From an uncultured delta proteobacterium (GTDB taxonomy: Bacteria; Desulfobacterota; Syntrophia; Syntrophales; Smithellaceae): a stretch of DNA of 64,000 nt. Location: contig CAVWEH010000002.1 of the NCBI GenBank assembly GCA_963753975.1, forward strand, positions 288,001-352,000. Reading direction: 5' to 3'. A program made the translations under genes and the position numbers. Of the stretch, positions 31,667 through 41,709 are shown in pieces. Under the pieces are notes generated by a model. The model was not told the DNA's origin and did no database searches. It saw nothing but the letters and a program-made list of their open reading frames with translations. The stretch's first letter is position 1. Each line of letters opens with the position of its first letter.

Positions 31667-32282
31667 AAATATGCTCTCTTGATTAAATCTTTCTGTGTTT
31701 GCTGGATTTTTATGAAATGTCCAAGTAAATCCAGACTTGTCATGGCAGAGCTATCTAGTTCTCTAAGAAGGTGCTTCAGAGTCTTGGAAAGCAGGCAGTC
31801 ATGTTCAAGGGCATCTTTTTACGAAAAATCCTTGTACCACATGTAAAATTAGAGTTCAATTTTTTGATTATTTCCGATTGAAAGGTTGTATTAGAAAAGG
31901 GAATTCAAAACACAACATTACAGGAAGAAGTGCTTACTGAACACATCTATTTATCCGCACCATCGATTTTACGAAATGATAATCGATTCTTTCCTGTAAC
32001 AAAGCATGCAGCAATTTTTGTAGGTATGCTCCCTTTCTAACGGTAATCAATATAGCATTGGACAAATTTCTCATGTTTTACGAAGTTCGATTTTAGTCCT
32101 TATTGCCATGAAATACGAAATATATAAATAGATATCTGCTGTAAATAATGGTCATATTTTCCTTTTAAGAAAAAAGAAGTTATGTTATTTTGATACCCAA
32201 ATCATCGGAAAAAGCGAAGTTCGGATATTAATTGTTTAGCAGGGCGACAAATATCAACCGACTAAGGAATTGAGAGAGACAA

Positions 32283-33203
32283 ATGATATTGCTTACTGGT
32301 ATGACTGGAAAAAGCGGTAGATGGTTTCTGCGGAAGTTAATAAACAGTAATGATCATATTAGGAGCACGAGATTCAGAGTTGTTGTCAGAAATTCTTCAA
32401 ATACTGATTTAATTAATAAAAGTGGATTGTCTATAGAAAAGGCTAATGGTGATTTGAATGATTCAATCTTTCTTGATGAAATTATGAAAGATATTGACAC
32501 AATATTTCATATTGCAGGAATTCATACTTCACTAAAAGTCGTTAAAGCCGCCGTAAAGAATAATGTAAAATGGATAGTTCTTGTTCATACGACTGGTATT
32601 TATTCGAAGCACAAGTCAGCAGGCGAAGAATATAGGCAAACCGAAAAACTAATTGAAGAGCTAATATCAGGTTCAAATATAACCCTGACCATCTTGCGAC
32701 CAACTATGATCTATGGGAGTCTAAACGATAATAATGTTGCCATATTTATTAAAATGGTTGACAAACTCCATTTTTTCCCAGTTGTGAATCATGCAAGTTA
32801 CCCTCTTCAGCCAGTGCATGAAAAGGATCTCGGTGATGCCTATTATAGAGTTTTAATCAATGAACGAATAACCAAGGGAAGGAATTATATTTTGTCTGGG
32901 AAGAGCCCAATTTTGCTGATTGATATTTTTAAAACAATTGGGCGGTTGCTTGGCAAAAAAAATAAATTCATTTCGGTTCCATATCCGATTGCATATTTTG
33001 GAGCGGTAATTATATATTTCACATCACTAGGGAAAATTGATTACAGGGAAAAAGTACAAACATTAGTTGAACCTCGCATTTTTCCCTATGAAGACGCTAA
33101 GAAAGATTTCGGATATTCACCCATGAGTTTTGAAGAAGGGATTATCAATGAGATCGATGAATATAAAAAGGCTGCATTTGTTAAGAATTCTTTTAATGCT
33201 TAA
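32283..33203 (+). CDS. NAD-dependent epimerase/dehydratase family (SDR)
   Basis: LLTGMTGKSG, HIAG, ILRPTMIYG, QPVHEKDL. Confidence 0.85.
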   Translation: MILLTGMTGKSGRWFLRKLINSNDHIRSTRFRVVVRNSSNTDLINKSGLSIEKANGDLNDSIFLDEIMKDIDTIFHIAGIHTSLKVVKAAVKNNVKWIVLVHTTGIYSKHKSAGEEYRQTEKLIEELISGSNITLTILRPTMIYGSLNDNNVAIFIKMVDKLHFFPVVNHASYPLQPVHEKDLGDAYYRVLINERITKGRNYILSGKSPILLIDIFKTIGRLLGKKNKFISVPYPIAYFGAVIIYFTSLGKIDYREKVQTLVEPRIFPYEDAKKDFGYSPMSFEEGIINEIDEYKKAAFVKNSFNA

Positions 33204-33391
33204 ATGTGTCAGGGCACCAGCATAACTGGGCGTTATGCTCCACTTCAAGTGATATTCCTTACTATAAGATCGTTTGTTTCACCTACAAAGAAACAAGTAG
33301 TGCGAATAAATTTTTTAATAGTTTGCTTTTGAAATATTTGATCCAAAGTGATTTTCAGCGGCGGCGGTACACCGTATGCTACAACCGAATT

Positions 33392-33670
33392 TCAGGCACA
33401 TTCTTGGCTGCGCCAGCGCTTGACGATCTCATCCACATTCAAGTCTGAGGGCCCGTCCTTCCACTTCGCGTAGAAGTCTACGTCGTCACTGTTTGGAGCT
33501 GGGCACGGCTTATCGAACTGAACCCGAGTCGCTAGCGGAACCGCTTCCCCCAGCACTAGCGCGTCGCCACGTCCCAAACCAGCCGGAATGTTGACCAAAT
33601 CACCTTCGCTCTCGAGTACTAGGCTCCGGACATAGCTTTGGTCTTCGGGATTGATGATCCGCAGACAGAT
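33392..33670 (-). pseudogene. C-terminal remnant of a HerA/DUF87-type ATPase
   Basis: Frame reads ICLRIINPEDQSYVRSLV..L..GLGRGDALVLGEAVPLATRV..P.PAPNSDDVDFYAKW, typical of HerA C-termini; no Walker motifs, no start. Confidence 0.75.
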
Positions 33671-33710
33671 CTCAGAAGTTAAAAAAAGAAGATCGTGCTG
33701 CGTCGGTAAT

Positions 33711-34955
33711 TCATCGACTCATCTCTTTATCCTTCTTCAGGATGTAATCAATAGTCACATTAAGAGCCTGTTCCACCATTGCCGGTTCAATGGCATCCGT
33801 CGTGTCTCTTGAGGTATGATAGACTAAATCCCTTGGCAGTTTCCCGACATTTAAATCAAAGGCGAGCATGCATGTGGCTTCAATTCCGCCTCTGGCGAAT
33901 GCCGCCGCATCGGTGCTGCCTCCTCCCCAGGGCATCCGGGCCACATGAGCACGGTATCCGAGCTCCCCGGCAATAGTTACCAGATCATTGGCCATGGAGT
34001 CCGACAGGTCTCTGGTCAAATTCATATCGTTATTGAAAAAAATCAACTTATCGGCCTTATACAAGGTATCATAACATAAAACGTAAGACTTGGTACTGAC
34101 CATCTCTTGTGCATGACGCGCGACATAGGCCATCGAGCCCCTCAGTCCGCTTTCTTCCGCGTCAACAGTCAGGCACACGATTCGGGTGTGGCTGAGCAAA
34201 TTGTTCCCTGCTTTCTTGCTGTCCGCCAGAATACGGGTAACTTCGTTGGCAAGAGCTACGGCAATCATATTATCTCCGGCGCCGGGCGAAACAGCATCCG
34301 TCGTGAACCACCAGAGAGGTAACACCGGAACAAAAGTTGCGGCCATTACGGCAGGCACCCACCACGGCGGATAGCCCATGATGACACTGGTAATGGAAAG
34401 GCCGGTCCCCAGCAGGAAGGGCAGAATACCGCCGAAAACAACAAAAGGATACAACCTGGGTGATAAGGCCATATAATGAAAGACATAGGCTGCATCATGA
34501 TGACCGCAGAGAATGATCTGCTGCTGGACATCCTGATCCGGTTCAACAATTCCTCCAATATTGTACCCTTGCCCTTTGGGGAAGAAAGGATCAAATATCT
34601 TTTTATAAAATACAATTTGAGAGGAAAACATAGCAAGAGATAATAGCAGGCAAAATAGCGCAACAACGGGCATTTTCAAAAAAATAAAGGCAACAGCAAT
34701 TACATAAAGAATTACCAAGGGCCGAATAATTTTTATACAAGCTGTGGGGTGGAACGCAAAGGATTCATGTTTTACGGAATGGAAATCGCAATGACGTGAA
34801 AACTCCTCTGCGATCGCTTTTCCGGCTCTTTCGCAGGAATCACTTCCCGCCAGCCGGTACGGGAAATTTTTGACAATATAATCCGTAAATTGAAGGGCAT
34901 GGCGAACATTTTCGGATGTTATAGAAATTTTATGATCGGAAAACGGCCTCATCAT
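33711..34955 (-). CDS. Membrane M28-family metallopeptidase
   Basis: RLAGS, GHHDA, PGAGDN, AEESGLRGS, STDA, YHT..D; internal TM segments. Confidence 0.85.
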   Translation of the reverse strand: MMRPFSDHKISITSENVRHALQFTDYIVKNFPYRLAGSDSCERAGKAIAEEFSRHCDFHSVKHESFAFHPTACIKIIRPLVILYVIAVAFIFLKMPVVALFCLLLSLAMFSSQIVFYKKIFDPFFPKGQGYNIGGIVEPDQDVQQQIILCGHHDAAYVFHYMALSPRLYPFVVFGGILPFLLGTGLSITSVIMGYPPWWVPAVMAATFVPVLPLWWFTTDAVSPGAGDNMIAVALANEVTRILADSKKAGNNLLSHTRIVCLTVDAEESGLRGSMAYVARHAQEMVSTKSYVLCYDTLYKADKLIFFNNDMNLTRDLSDSMANDLVTIAGELGYRAHVARMPWGGGSTDAAAFARGGIEATCMLAFDLNVGKLPRDLVYHTSRDTTDAIEPAMVEQALNVTIDYILKKDKEMSR

Positions 34956-35051
34956 GATCTCGAATTTTTTACCGGTGATGGCGAGTCTCTAGAATATCAG
35001 ATTTAACTATTTTTTTGAATCATATCAAACTATAAGAAACCCGTGCTTTTT

Positions 35052-35139
35052 TGGTGCCTGGGGCGGGAATTGAACCCGCACAGTCTCAAGGACCGAGGGA
35101 TTTTAAGTCCCTTGCGTCTACCAATTCCGCCACCCAGGC
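35052..35139 (-). tRNA. tRNA-Leu(TAA)
   Basis: GCCTGGGTGGCGGAATTGGTAGACGCAAGGGACT-TAA-AATCCCT, long variable arm, CCA. Confidence 0.96.
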
Positions 35140-35169
35140 CTGGATTGACGAACCGGAGAAACTCTGCGG

Positions 35170-35198
35170 CTTATATTATTTTTAACTTTTAGTGTCAA
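35170..35198 (-). promoter_or_regulatory. Sigma70 promoter of tRNA-Leu(TAA)
   Basis: TTGACA-N17-TATAAG. Confidence 0.65.
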
Positions 35199-35287
35199 GG
35201 ATTTGATCGGCGATTTTTTGTTTCTTGAAGGTTGGGTAAATTTTATGCTAAGGATGAACGCAACACACAAAGACAAGGGAATATCCG

Positions 35288-36613
35288 ATGCAAGAAATTG
35301 ATATCATTATCAACGGCGGAAAAGCGCTTCTGCTTGATTATCAAAACACACATTTAGAAAACGCAGCAATTGCCGTCAATGCCGGCGAGATAGTCGCCAT
35401 CGGACAGGCCGGACAAATTGCCAACAAATACCGTGCCAAAAAAACGATCAGTGCCAAAGACTCTCTCATTATGCCCGGTTTTGTTAACTGCCATACGCAC
35501 GCGGCCATGACCTGTTTTCGCGGCATCGCCGACGATCTCGAACTTATGGATTGGCTCAATAATTACATCTTTCCGGCGGAAGCCAAGAATGTAAATAAAG
35601 AACTTGCCTACTGGGGAACGCTCCTCGCCGCCGCCGAGATGATCAAATCAGGGACCACCACATTTTGCGACATGTACATCTTCGAAGATGAAACCGCCCG
35701 CGCCGCAAAAAAAGCGGGGATGCGCTGTCTTATCGGCGAAGTACTCTTTGATTTTCCTTCGCCTAACTTTAAAACTGCCGAAGAAGGCCTCGCTTACAGC
35801 CGAATGCTCGCGGAGAAATGGCAAAATGATCCGTTGATCAACATCATTATCGAACCACACGCGCTCTATACGTGCTCCCCTTCCCTCTTGGCCCACGCGA
35901 AAAAGATTGCAGAGCGTTACAAAATACCGCTGGGAATTCATCTTCTGGAAAACAAATCCGAACAGGAACAGCTCCAGCAGAAGTATGGCAAAAGTGCCGT
36001 TTCTTTTTTAAAAGATATCGGTTATCTAAATGGACGGTTTATTGCGTTTCATTGCGTTTATCTCTCTCGCGACGATATGAAGCTCTTAGCCGCTCACAAG
36101 TGCAGAGTTTCCCATAATCCCGCAAGCAACATGAAACTGGCGAGCGGCGTAGCTCCGGTGCCTGATATGCTCCAGGCCGGCATTACCGTCGGGCTGGGAA
36201 CCGACGGCTGCGCCAGCAACAATAACCTGGATATGATCAAAGAAATGTCCACTGCCGCCAAGCTCCATAAAGTCGCCAGGCTTGATCCGACGGTAATGGA
36301 TGCCCGCACAGTCCTGCGCATGGCTACTATTGAAGGTGCTAAGGTTCTCGGCATGGAAAAGATCACCGGCTCTCTGGAAGTGGGCAAAAAAGCCGATATT
36401 ATCATCATTGGACTGAACGAGCCTCATTTGACGCCGCTTTACAGCGAATATTCGCATCTTGTTTACGCGGCAAGCGGAGCCGATGTGGATACGGTATTGA
36501 TCAACGGCAGGATTGTAATGGAAAACCGTAAACTCTTAACTATCGACGAAAATGAAGTCCTGGAAAAGGTAAGAGTAATTGCGGTCGGAGTAAAAGATAG
36601 TTTAAAGAAATAG
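35288..36613 (+). CDS. mtaD: Amidohydrolase, 5'-methylthioadenosine/S-adenosylhomocysteine deaminase-like
   Basis: PGFVNCHTH, PHALY, IHLLE, HNPASNMKLASG, GTDGCASNN. Confidence 0.8.
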   Translation: MQEIDIIINGGKALLLDYQNTHLENAAIAVNAGEIVAIGQAGQIANKYRAKKTISAKDSLIMPGFVNCHTHAAMTCFRGIADDLELMDWLNNYIFPAEAKNVNKELAYWGTLLAAAEMIKSGTTTFCDMYIFEDETARAAKKAGMRCLIGEVLFDFPSPNFKTAEEGLAYSRMLAEKWQNDPLINIIIEPHALYTCSPSLLAHAKKIAERYKIPLGIHLLENKSEQEQLQQKYGKSAVSFLKDIGYLNGRFIAFHCVYLSRDDMKLLAAHKCRVSHNPASNMKLASGVAPVPDMLQAGITVGLGTDGCASNNNLDMIKEMSTAAKLHKVARLDPTVMDARTVLRMATIEGAKVLGMEKITGSLEVGKKADIIIIGLNEPHLTPLYSEYSHLVYAASGADVDTVLINGRIVMENRKLLTIDENEVLEKVRVIAVGVKDSLKK

Positions 36614-36692
36614 ATATTTTATCGTTACTTATTTGTCCCGGCATTTGCCGGGCTTCGGGCAATCAATGCAAAAATAAGCTTATGAGCCCTAG

Positions 36693-37379
36693 CTATTCGT
36701 ATTCTTCGAGATATTTCTCAATATAATCACTTACACACTCATTCGGCTGATAGATGCCCAAATGGCCTTCACAGAGGATATCGGCGTTCAGATTAAGCAA
36801 AGCCTGCATCGATTTTTTCCACGCTCCTATATCGGAACCAAATGATTTGTGAAAGGGGCCGTGAATATCCTGCCCGAAAAGAATTCTTTTTCCCTCGCGA
36901 TCCAGATAAAGAGAAATGGAGCCGGGCGTGTGGCCGGGTGTATGGAGCCAACGGAGTTCTTCCCTGTCGAATTTCAATATTCCGTAAGCGCCCTTTAGTT
37001 TCTCATCTATTGGTGTCGGCGGAAATGTCGTGTCATACCAGTTGGCGGCCGTACGCACGGAATCACCGGACTCCATTGCATCCGCGTCTAATTCATGGAT
37101 TAATAATTTAGTCCCATATTGCTTTCTAAATAAAGGCGCCGCACCAATATGGTCGATGTGATTATGTGTTAAAATTAAGTGGGAAATGTTAGATGGATTT
37201 AAGCCTAAAAATTCGATATTGCCGACAAGCTGATTGAAGCTTCTGCCCGCTCCTGAGTCGATTAAAACAAGCTCTCCTTCAAAATTGATCAGGTATACTG
37301 CCGCGTCATCGGGCAGTGTGATGTTAGGGCCACCAATTAGATAAATACCGCCGATTATTTCTTCCGTCTTGATTCTCAT
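36693..37379 (-). CDS. Metallo-beta-lactamase fold hydrolase
   Basis: THNHIDH, TPGHTPG, EGH; start taken at ATG 37379. Confidence 0.85.
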   Translation of the reverse strand: MRIKTEEIIGGIYLIGGPNITLPDDAAVYLINFEGELVLIDSGAGRSFNQLVGNIEFLGLNPSNISHLILTHNHIDHIGAAPLFRKQYGTKLLIHELDADAMESGDSVRTAANWYDTTFPPTPIDEKLKGAYGILKFDREELRWLHTPGHTPGSISLYLDREGKRILFGQDIHGPFHKSFGSDIGAWKKSMQALLNLNADILCEGHLGIYQPNECVSDYIEKYLEEYE

Positions 37380-37413
37380 GGAAGTAACTTTGCATTTGTC
37401 TTTCGTCTTTACG

Positions 37414-38340
37414 TCACGGTTGGAATGTACCAATGATTTGGTTAATATTTTTTATTCTATTTCTTGCCAAATAGTTTTGCATCCCTTCTAAAATATCTAT
37501 GGTCGCGTGGGGATTGATGAAGTTAGCGGTGCCTATCTGTACCGCTTTAGCTCCCAGAATTAAAAATTCCAGTGCATCTTCGGCTGTCATTATTCCGCCG
37601 ATCCCGATTACGGGCACCGAAACTCTCTGGACTACCTGCCAGACCATGCGCAGCGCAACCGGCTTTATGGCCGGACCGGATAGTCCTCCGGTAATATTTT
37701 TTAAATTCGGCTTTCTTTTTTTTAAGTCAACGGACATGCCGGCCAATGTATTGATCAGCGATATGGCATCCGCGCCTGCTTCTTCGACAGCCTCGGCAAT
37801 TACCGCTATATCCGTGACATTGGGAGTAAGCTTCACAATTACCGGCAGGCCTGTTGCATCTTTGATTCTGCGCGTAACCTCGGCGGCAGTTTTCGGGTTG
37901 GAGCCGAAACTCAAGCCGCCTTTTTGAACATTGGGGCAGGAAACATTTATTTCCAAAGCGTGCACTCCTTTGGCCATGCTTAACTTTTTTGCTACCTTTA
38001 TATATTCATCATAAGTCTCGCCGTAGATATTGGCAATAACCTTGGCATCAAATTTTTGCAAGAAGGGAAGCTTCTCGTCAATAAAAGCATCCACTCCGAT
38101 ATTCTGCAAACCGATAGCGTTCAACATTCCTCCTGCCGTCTCCATTATTCGCGGCGGTGGATTTCCCAGACGAGGCTTTAGCGACAAACCTTTAACAACA
38201 ATCGCTCCAATCCGGTTTAAGTCAACATAATCGGCGTATTCTTCTCCATAACCAAAGGTGCCCGATGCCGTCATTACCGGATTTTTGAGCTTGAGTCTGC
38301 CCAAATTCACGGCCATATTTACAGATGTTTTAGTTTTCAT
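37414..38340 (-). CDS. pyrD: Dihydroorotate dehydrogenase 1B catalytic subunit
   Basis: [39 protein letters not shown]. Confidence 0.96.
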   Translation of the reverse strand: MKTKTSVNMAVNLGRLKLKNPVMTASGTFGYGEEYADYVDLNRIGAIVVKGLSLKPRLGNPPPRIMETAGGMLNAIGLQNIGVDAFIDEKLPFLQKFDAKVIANIYGETYDEYIKVAKKLSMAKGVHALEINVSCPNVQKGGLSFGSNPKTAAEVTRRIKDATGLPVIVKLTPNVTDIAVIAEAVEEAGADAISLINTLAGMSVDLKKRKPNLKNITGGLSGPAIKPVALRMVWQVVQRVSVPVIGIGGIMTAEDALEFLILGAKAVQIGTANFINPHATIDILEGMQNYLARNRIKNINQIIGTFQP

Positions 38341-38365
38341 TGTTAAATAGAACCGTCTAAATTAT

Positions 38366-39031
38366 TTAATTATCCGCGCGACGGAGGTCAACGGTGTATT
38401 CTTCCGGCGGGCCATCCCACTCAGTGGCACGCTCCAAATCATCTAATTTATCCAAAACATGCTTTTCATACTTTTCGCGATAGTACTTATCCTTGACAAG
38501 GTTCTCTTCATGATCTGACCTTTTATACCCGTAAGTAAGGAAAAAACCTTTATAGTGTTTGTTAATGATGAATAACTCCTCCTCACCGAAGACATACGCC
38601 CACCAACTCCAAAAACCATATTTATCTTTGTAGAGTCTTTTCTGCCATTTTTGATCCATAGTGATGTCCAGATTTATTACAATTTTTTCTGAGAGTACGC
38701 GTTCATAGCACTGCATGTCCAATGTTTTGGCCGCAAAAAAAACCCCACCGTTTTTATCAGTTGTCAATTCCATCTTTATAGCTTCTTTTATTTTCCCTGG
38801 TGCTTCATGAATGAAGGAAGGGTAAAAGAAATAGCTCAGGCAACTCATATCGGGATACCAGGTAGTGAGTACATAATAGACCTTTATTCCGGTCAGTGGC
38901 TGTTTTGTCACTGCATCAATCACCTTGAGCTTCACCGGCCGTACATTCCAGTCATTAGCCAAACTAATATTGTATGACAATGTAAAAAGGAGCCCCGTTA
39001 AAATTATTACTTTAACAAAAGCTTGTTTCAT
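38366..39031 (-). CDS. Hypothetical secreted protein
   Basis: 221-aa ORF with SD and a signal-peptide-like N-terminus, co-oriented between pyrK and pyrD. Confidence 0.7.
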   Translation of the reverse strand: MKQAFVKVIILTGLLFTLSYNISLANDWNVRPVKLKVIDAVTKQPLTGIKVYYVLTTWYPDMSCLSYFFYPSFIHEAPGKIKEAIKMELTTDKNGGVFFAAKTLDMQCYERVLSEKIVINLDITMDQKWQKRLYKDKYGFWSWWAYVFGEEELFIINKHYKGFFLTYGYKRSDHEENLVKDKYYREKYEKHVLDKLDDLERATEWDGPPEEYTVDLRRADN

Positions 39032-39090
39032 TATGTAATCCTTCTCAAGATATCATATCGCGTGGCATTTTTCTTAATCATTAGACACAG

Positions 39091-39909
39091 TCATTCCCAA
39101 AATATTTCATCGAGATTGAATACCGGGCCGTCGGCACAAACCCGCTTATAAGTCAAGGCACCTTTATTATCTTTAACTGCAACGGCACAGCCGAGGCAGG
39201 CACCGATGCCGCAGGCCATTCTCTCTTCCAGCGACACCTGAGAGAAGAATTTATATGCGCTTAACATCTTAGCCAGTGACTGGAGCATATCCTTCGGCCC
39301 GCAGGCGTAAACGGCCGTGCTTGCCGGCGAATATTTCTTTATGTCTTTTTGAAATACTTCTGTAACGAATCCCTTCTTCCCCAGGGTTCCATCATCCGTG
39401 CAAACACTAATATTGTAACAAAGCTTTTGGAGCTTATCCAAACCTAGAATAGACTTAGCGGTTTTAGCGCCCAGGTAAAAAGTCATTGCCGATGGCGAGA
39501 AACACTTATCCGCGCATAAATGTTCGACCAAAAGCGACAGCGGAGCGACACCCATACCTCCGGCGATAAAAACGATGTTTTGCCTGGTCTTATCGCCTTC
39601 AAAGCCACGACCCAATGGTCCGTGTATTTCAACTTGTGACCCACTAATCAATCCCGCCAGAATTTGCGTTCCCTTGCCCACTACAGAGTAGAGGAGTTCG
39701 ATCCCACAGGAATCTTTTCTGCGAGAAAAAGAATATATGCTTAGCGGCCGTGCCAATAGCGGTTCGTATAACCCTGAAATTCTGATCATTACAAACTGCC
39801 CCGGCTGTGGATCACCAAACGAAGTAGGCAGGATTACCTTCATCAGAAAAATGTTCTGCCGAATCTCCTCATTTTCTACAATTTCGCCGATGAAAATATT
39901 ATTCCCCAT
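39091..39909 (-). CDS. pyrK: Dihydroorotate dehydrogenase electron transfer subunit
   Basis: PGQFVM, RPLS, GPLG, GGMGVAP, CGP, EERMACGIGACLGC..VCADGPVF. Confidence 0.95.
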   Translation of the reverse strand: MGNNIFIGEIVENEEIRQNIFLMKVILPTSFGDPQPGQFVMIRISGLYEPLLARPLSIYSFSRRKDSCGIELLYSVVGKGTQILAGLISGSQVEIHGPLGRGFEGDKTRQNIVFIAGGMGVAPLSLLVEHLCADKCFSPSAMTFYLGAKTAKSILGLDKLQKLCYNISVCTDDGTLGKKGFVTEVFQKDIKKYSPASTAVYACGPKDMLQSLAKMLSAYKFFSQVSLEERMACGIGACLGCAVAVKDNKGALTYKRVCADGPVFNLDEIFWE

Positions 39910-40023
39910 TTTACCCCGTTAGAGATTGTTGCCAAACTCCGATTGCATTATGCCTCCATTTTTGGGATGACAATCAAACGACGATATTTTTCATGGAACG
40001 CCCGTCCTCTCTAACGGGCTAAA
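39910..40023. mobile_element. MITE-like element with 16-bp terminal inverted repeats (family B)
   Basis: TTTACCCCGTTAGAGA ... TCTCTAACGGGCTAAA (15/16 inverted); same TIR as 59567..59687. Confidence 0.8.
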
Positions 40024-40492
40024 CATCCGCCCACATAATCAGGGCGTCTTCATGTGTTTCCGGATAATAAAGCGGCCTTATTCCTTTTACTACAAAACCG
40101 CATTTCTCGTAAAGTTTTATTGCTGCTGTATTGGATGGCCTGACCTCTAAAGTTTGGGCTCTGATTCCCAGTTGCCTTGCTATTTCCTGCATTGCTTTTA
40201 AAAGATGGAAAGCCAAGCTCTGCCTCCTGAATTCTTTTTTTACCGCGAGATTATGCAAATGAGCTTCATCGGCGACAATCCAAAAAATAATGTACGCACC
40301 CACGACACGTTTCTCACCAAAATTCAGCCGCGCTGTCAGACATTGAGCTTTGGCATTATTTAGTTCTTTCACGAACGTTGCCGCCGTCCAGGGCAAAGAA
40401 AAGGATTCATTTTCAATTGCCAATATCTCCGGCAGGTCTCTCTCTCTCATCAGATCAAGTGTTACCCGAGGAGAATCTTTTTCACAGGACAT
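40019..40492 (-). CDS. rimI: Ribosomal protein S18 alanine N-acetyltransferase
   Basis: IE..SF..PW, EAHLHNLAV, LEVRPSN..AIKLY, R..YY...EDALIM. Confidence 0.9.
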   Translation of the reverse strand: MSCEKDSPRVTLDLMRERDLPEILAIENESFSLPWTAATFVKELNNAKAQCLTARLNFGEKRVVGAYIIFWIVADEAHLHNLAVKKEFRRQSLAFHLLKAMQEIARQLGIRAQTLEVRPSNTAAIKLYEKCGFVVKGIRPLYYPETHEDALIMWADV

Positions 40493-41177
40493 GGAACAAT
40501 TCCAAAAATACGGCCACGATTAAGAATATTGCGCAAAAAACGGGGATGGCGCCGCGCAGTTTGATAGTGTTCATGGCCACGGCAATGCCCAACAGGGGCA
40601 AAAAATAATACATAAAAGAAAGGGTTGATAGAATCGCTGCGGGTAATTTCGGATATGCCCAGATTAGCAAAGTTATGAAGATCGCCTGGGAAACCAGGAG
40701 ATAAAACACATCAAATAAAAATACTTTGATTAACCCTAAGTAAACTTTTTTTTCTATCGCGCGAATGTTGCTTTTTTTCGCGTCTTCCAGCGCCTGGTCG
40801 GAAAGAATATCGTTGGATTTGATAATCAGAATATCCATCTTCTGAGCTAAAAGGCCGCACGGGACGGCCATAAGTATAGAAAGAGCAATTAATTGAGTGA
40901 ACTCGCCTCCTAATTTTTGACCGGCTATAACCGCTGTGGAAGTCGCGATCACTGCCACAAGGGAATCGTTGGGCGGGATATATGTTCCCACGGGTATACG
41001 ATCAATCCAGATGAGTTCAACAAACGCTCCGATTATCAATCCCGCGTAAAAATTGTGGAGAAGAAGGCCGGTTAAAGGTGCAATTACAATCGGCCGGGAA
41101 ATCATCGCCTGAATGAAAACACGATCAAGACATATCAGGCCGCCGCAAAAAGATATCAAAGTAATTTTTGTAAACAA
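40482..41177 (-). CDS. PTS mannose/sorbose-type EIIC-like membrane subunit
   Basis: MISRPIV, GAFVELIW, PVG.YIPP; hydrophobic; follows EIIB. Confidence 0.8.
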   Translation of the reverse strand: MFTKITLISFCGGLICLDRVFIQAMISRPIVIAPLTGLLLHNFYAGLIIGAFVELIWIDRIPVGTYIPPNDSLVAVIATSTAVIAGQKLGGEFTQLIALSILMAVPCGLLAQKMDILIIKSNDILSDQALEDAKKSNIRAIEKKVYLGLIKVFLFDVFYLLVSQAIFITLLIWAYPKLPAAILSTLSFMYYFLPLLGIAVAMNTIKLRGAIPVFCAIFLIVAVFLELFHVL

Positions 41178-41192
41178 GTAAATACCAATATT

Positions 41193-41705
41193 TTATGGCT
41201 TTATATTGCAGTAATCTTTAAGTGCTTCTCTAATATTAACAGCCCGCTCGCGGGGTACTCGCTTTAATTCAATAACTACTCCGGCTTTTTCCAGAAGCGT
41301 TAGAATATCCTGAATTTCCTTATCACATAAAAAAACGGAAGGGGAGCAGCAAATTTTGAATTCTTCATTATGAATATTGCCGATATTCAATTTATCAAAA
41401 TGAAAGCCTAAATTAAAAGCCCGGCAAACGGCGGCTATATTTCTAAACAGTACAATTGTTTTTTTACCGCCATCATGAGAGAAATTATAATTTTGGGCAA
41501 AATCACCGACAGAGCTGATAATTAATTCTATTTCACTGGGCACGGCCATCCTGATCACTGTTTCACTAAAGACATCCCCGGAAATATTGTCATCCACAAC
41601 GATGATGCATTTCGCCTTGATATACGGTACCCAGGCCTCTAATATTTGACCGTGGACAAGCCTGTTGTCAACCCGAACCAAAGCTATATCGAGATCCTGA
41701 GCCAA
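41193..41705 (-). CDS. PTS mannose/sorbose-type EIIB
   Basis: LVRVDNRLVHGQ motif, LNIGN. Confidence 0.9.
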   Translation of the reverse strand: MAQDLDIALVRVDNRLVHGQILEAWVPYIKAKCIIVVDDNISGDVFSETVIRMAVPSEIELIISSVGDFAQNYNFSHDGGKKTIVLFRNIAAVCRAFNLGFHFDKLNIGNIHNEEFKICCSPSVFLCDKEIQDILTLLEKAGVVIELKRVPRERAVNIREALKDYCNIKP

Positions 41706-41709
41706 TTGA

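Noticed and set aside
35052..35075. att duplication of the tRNA-Leu 3' end bounding the island
   Set aside because: No second copy seen by eye and no integrase in the window
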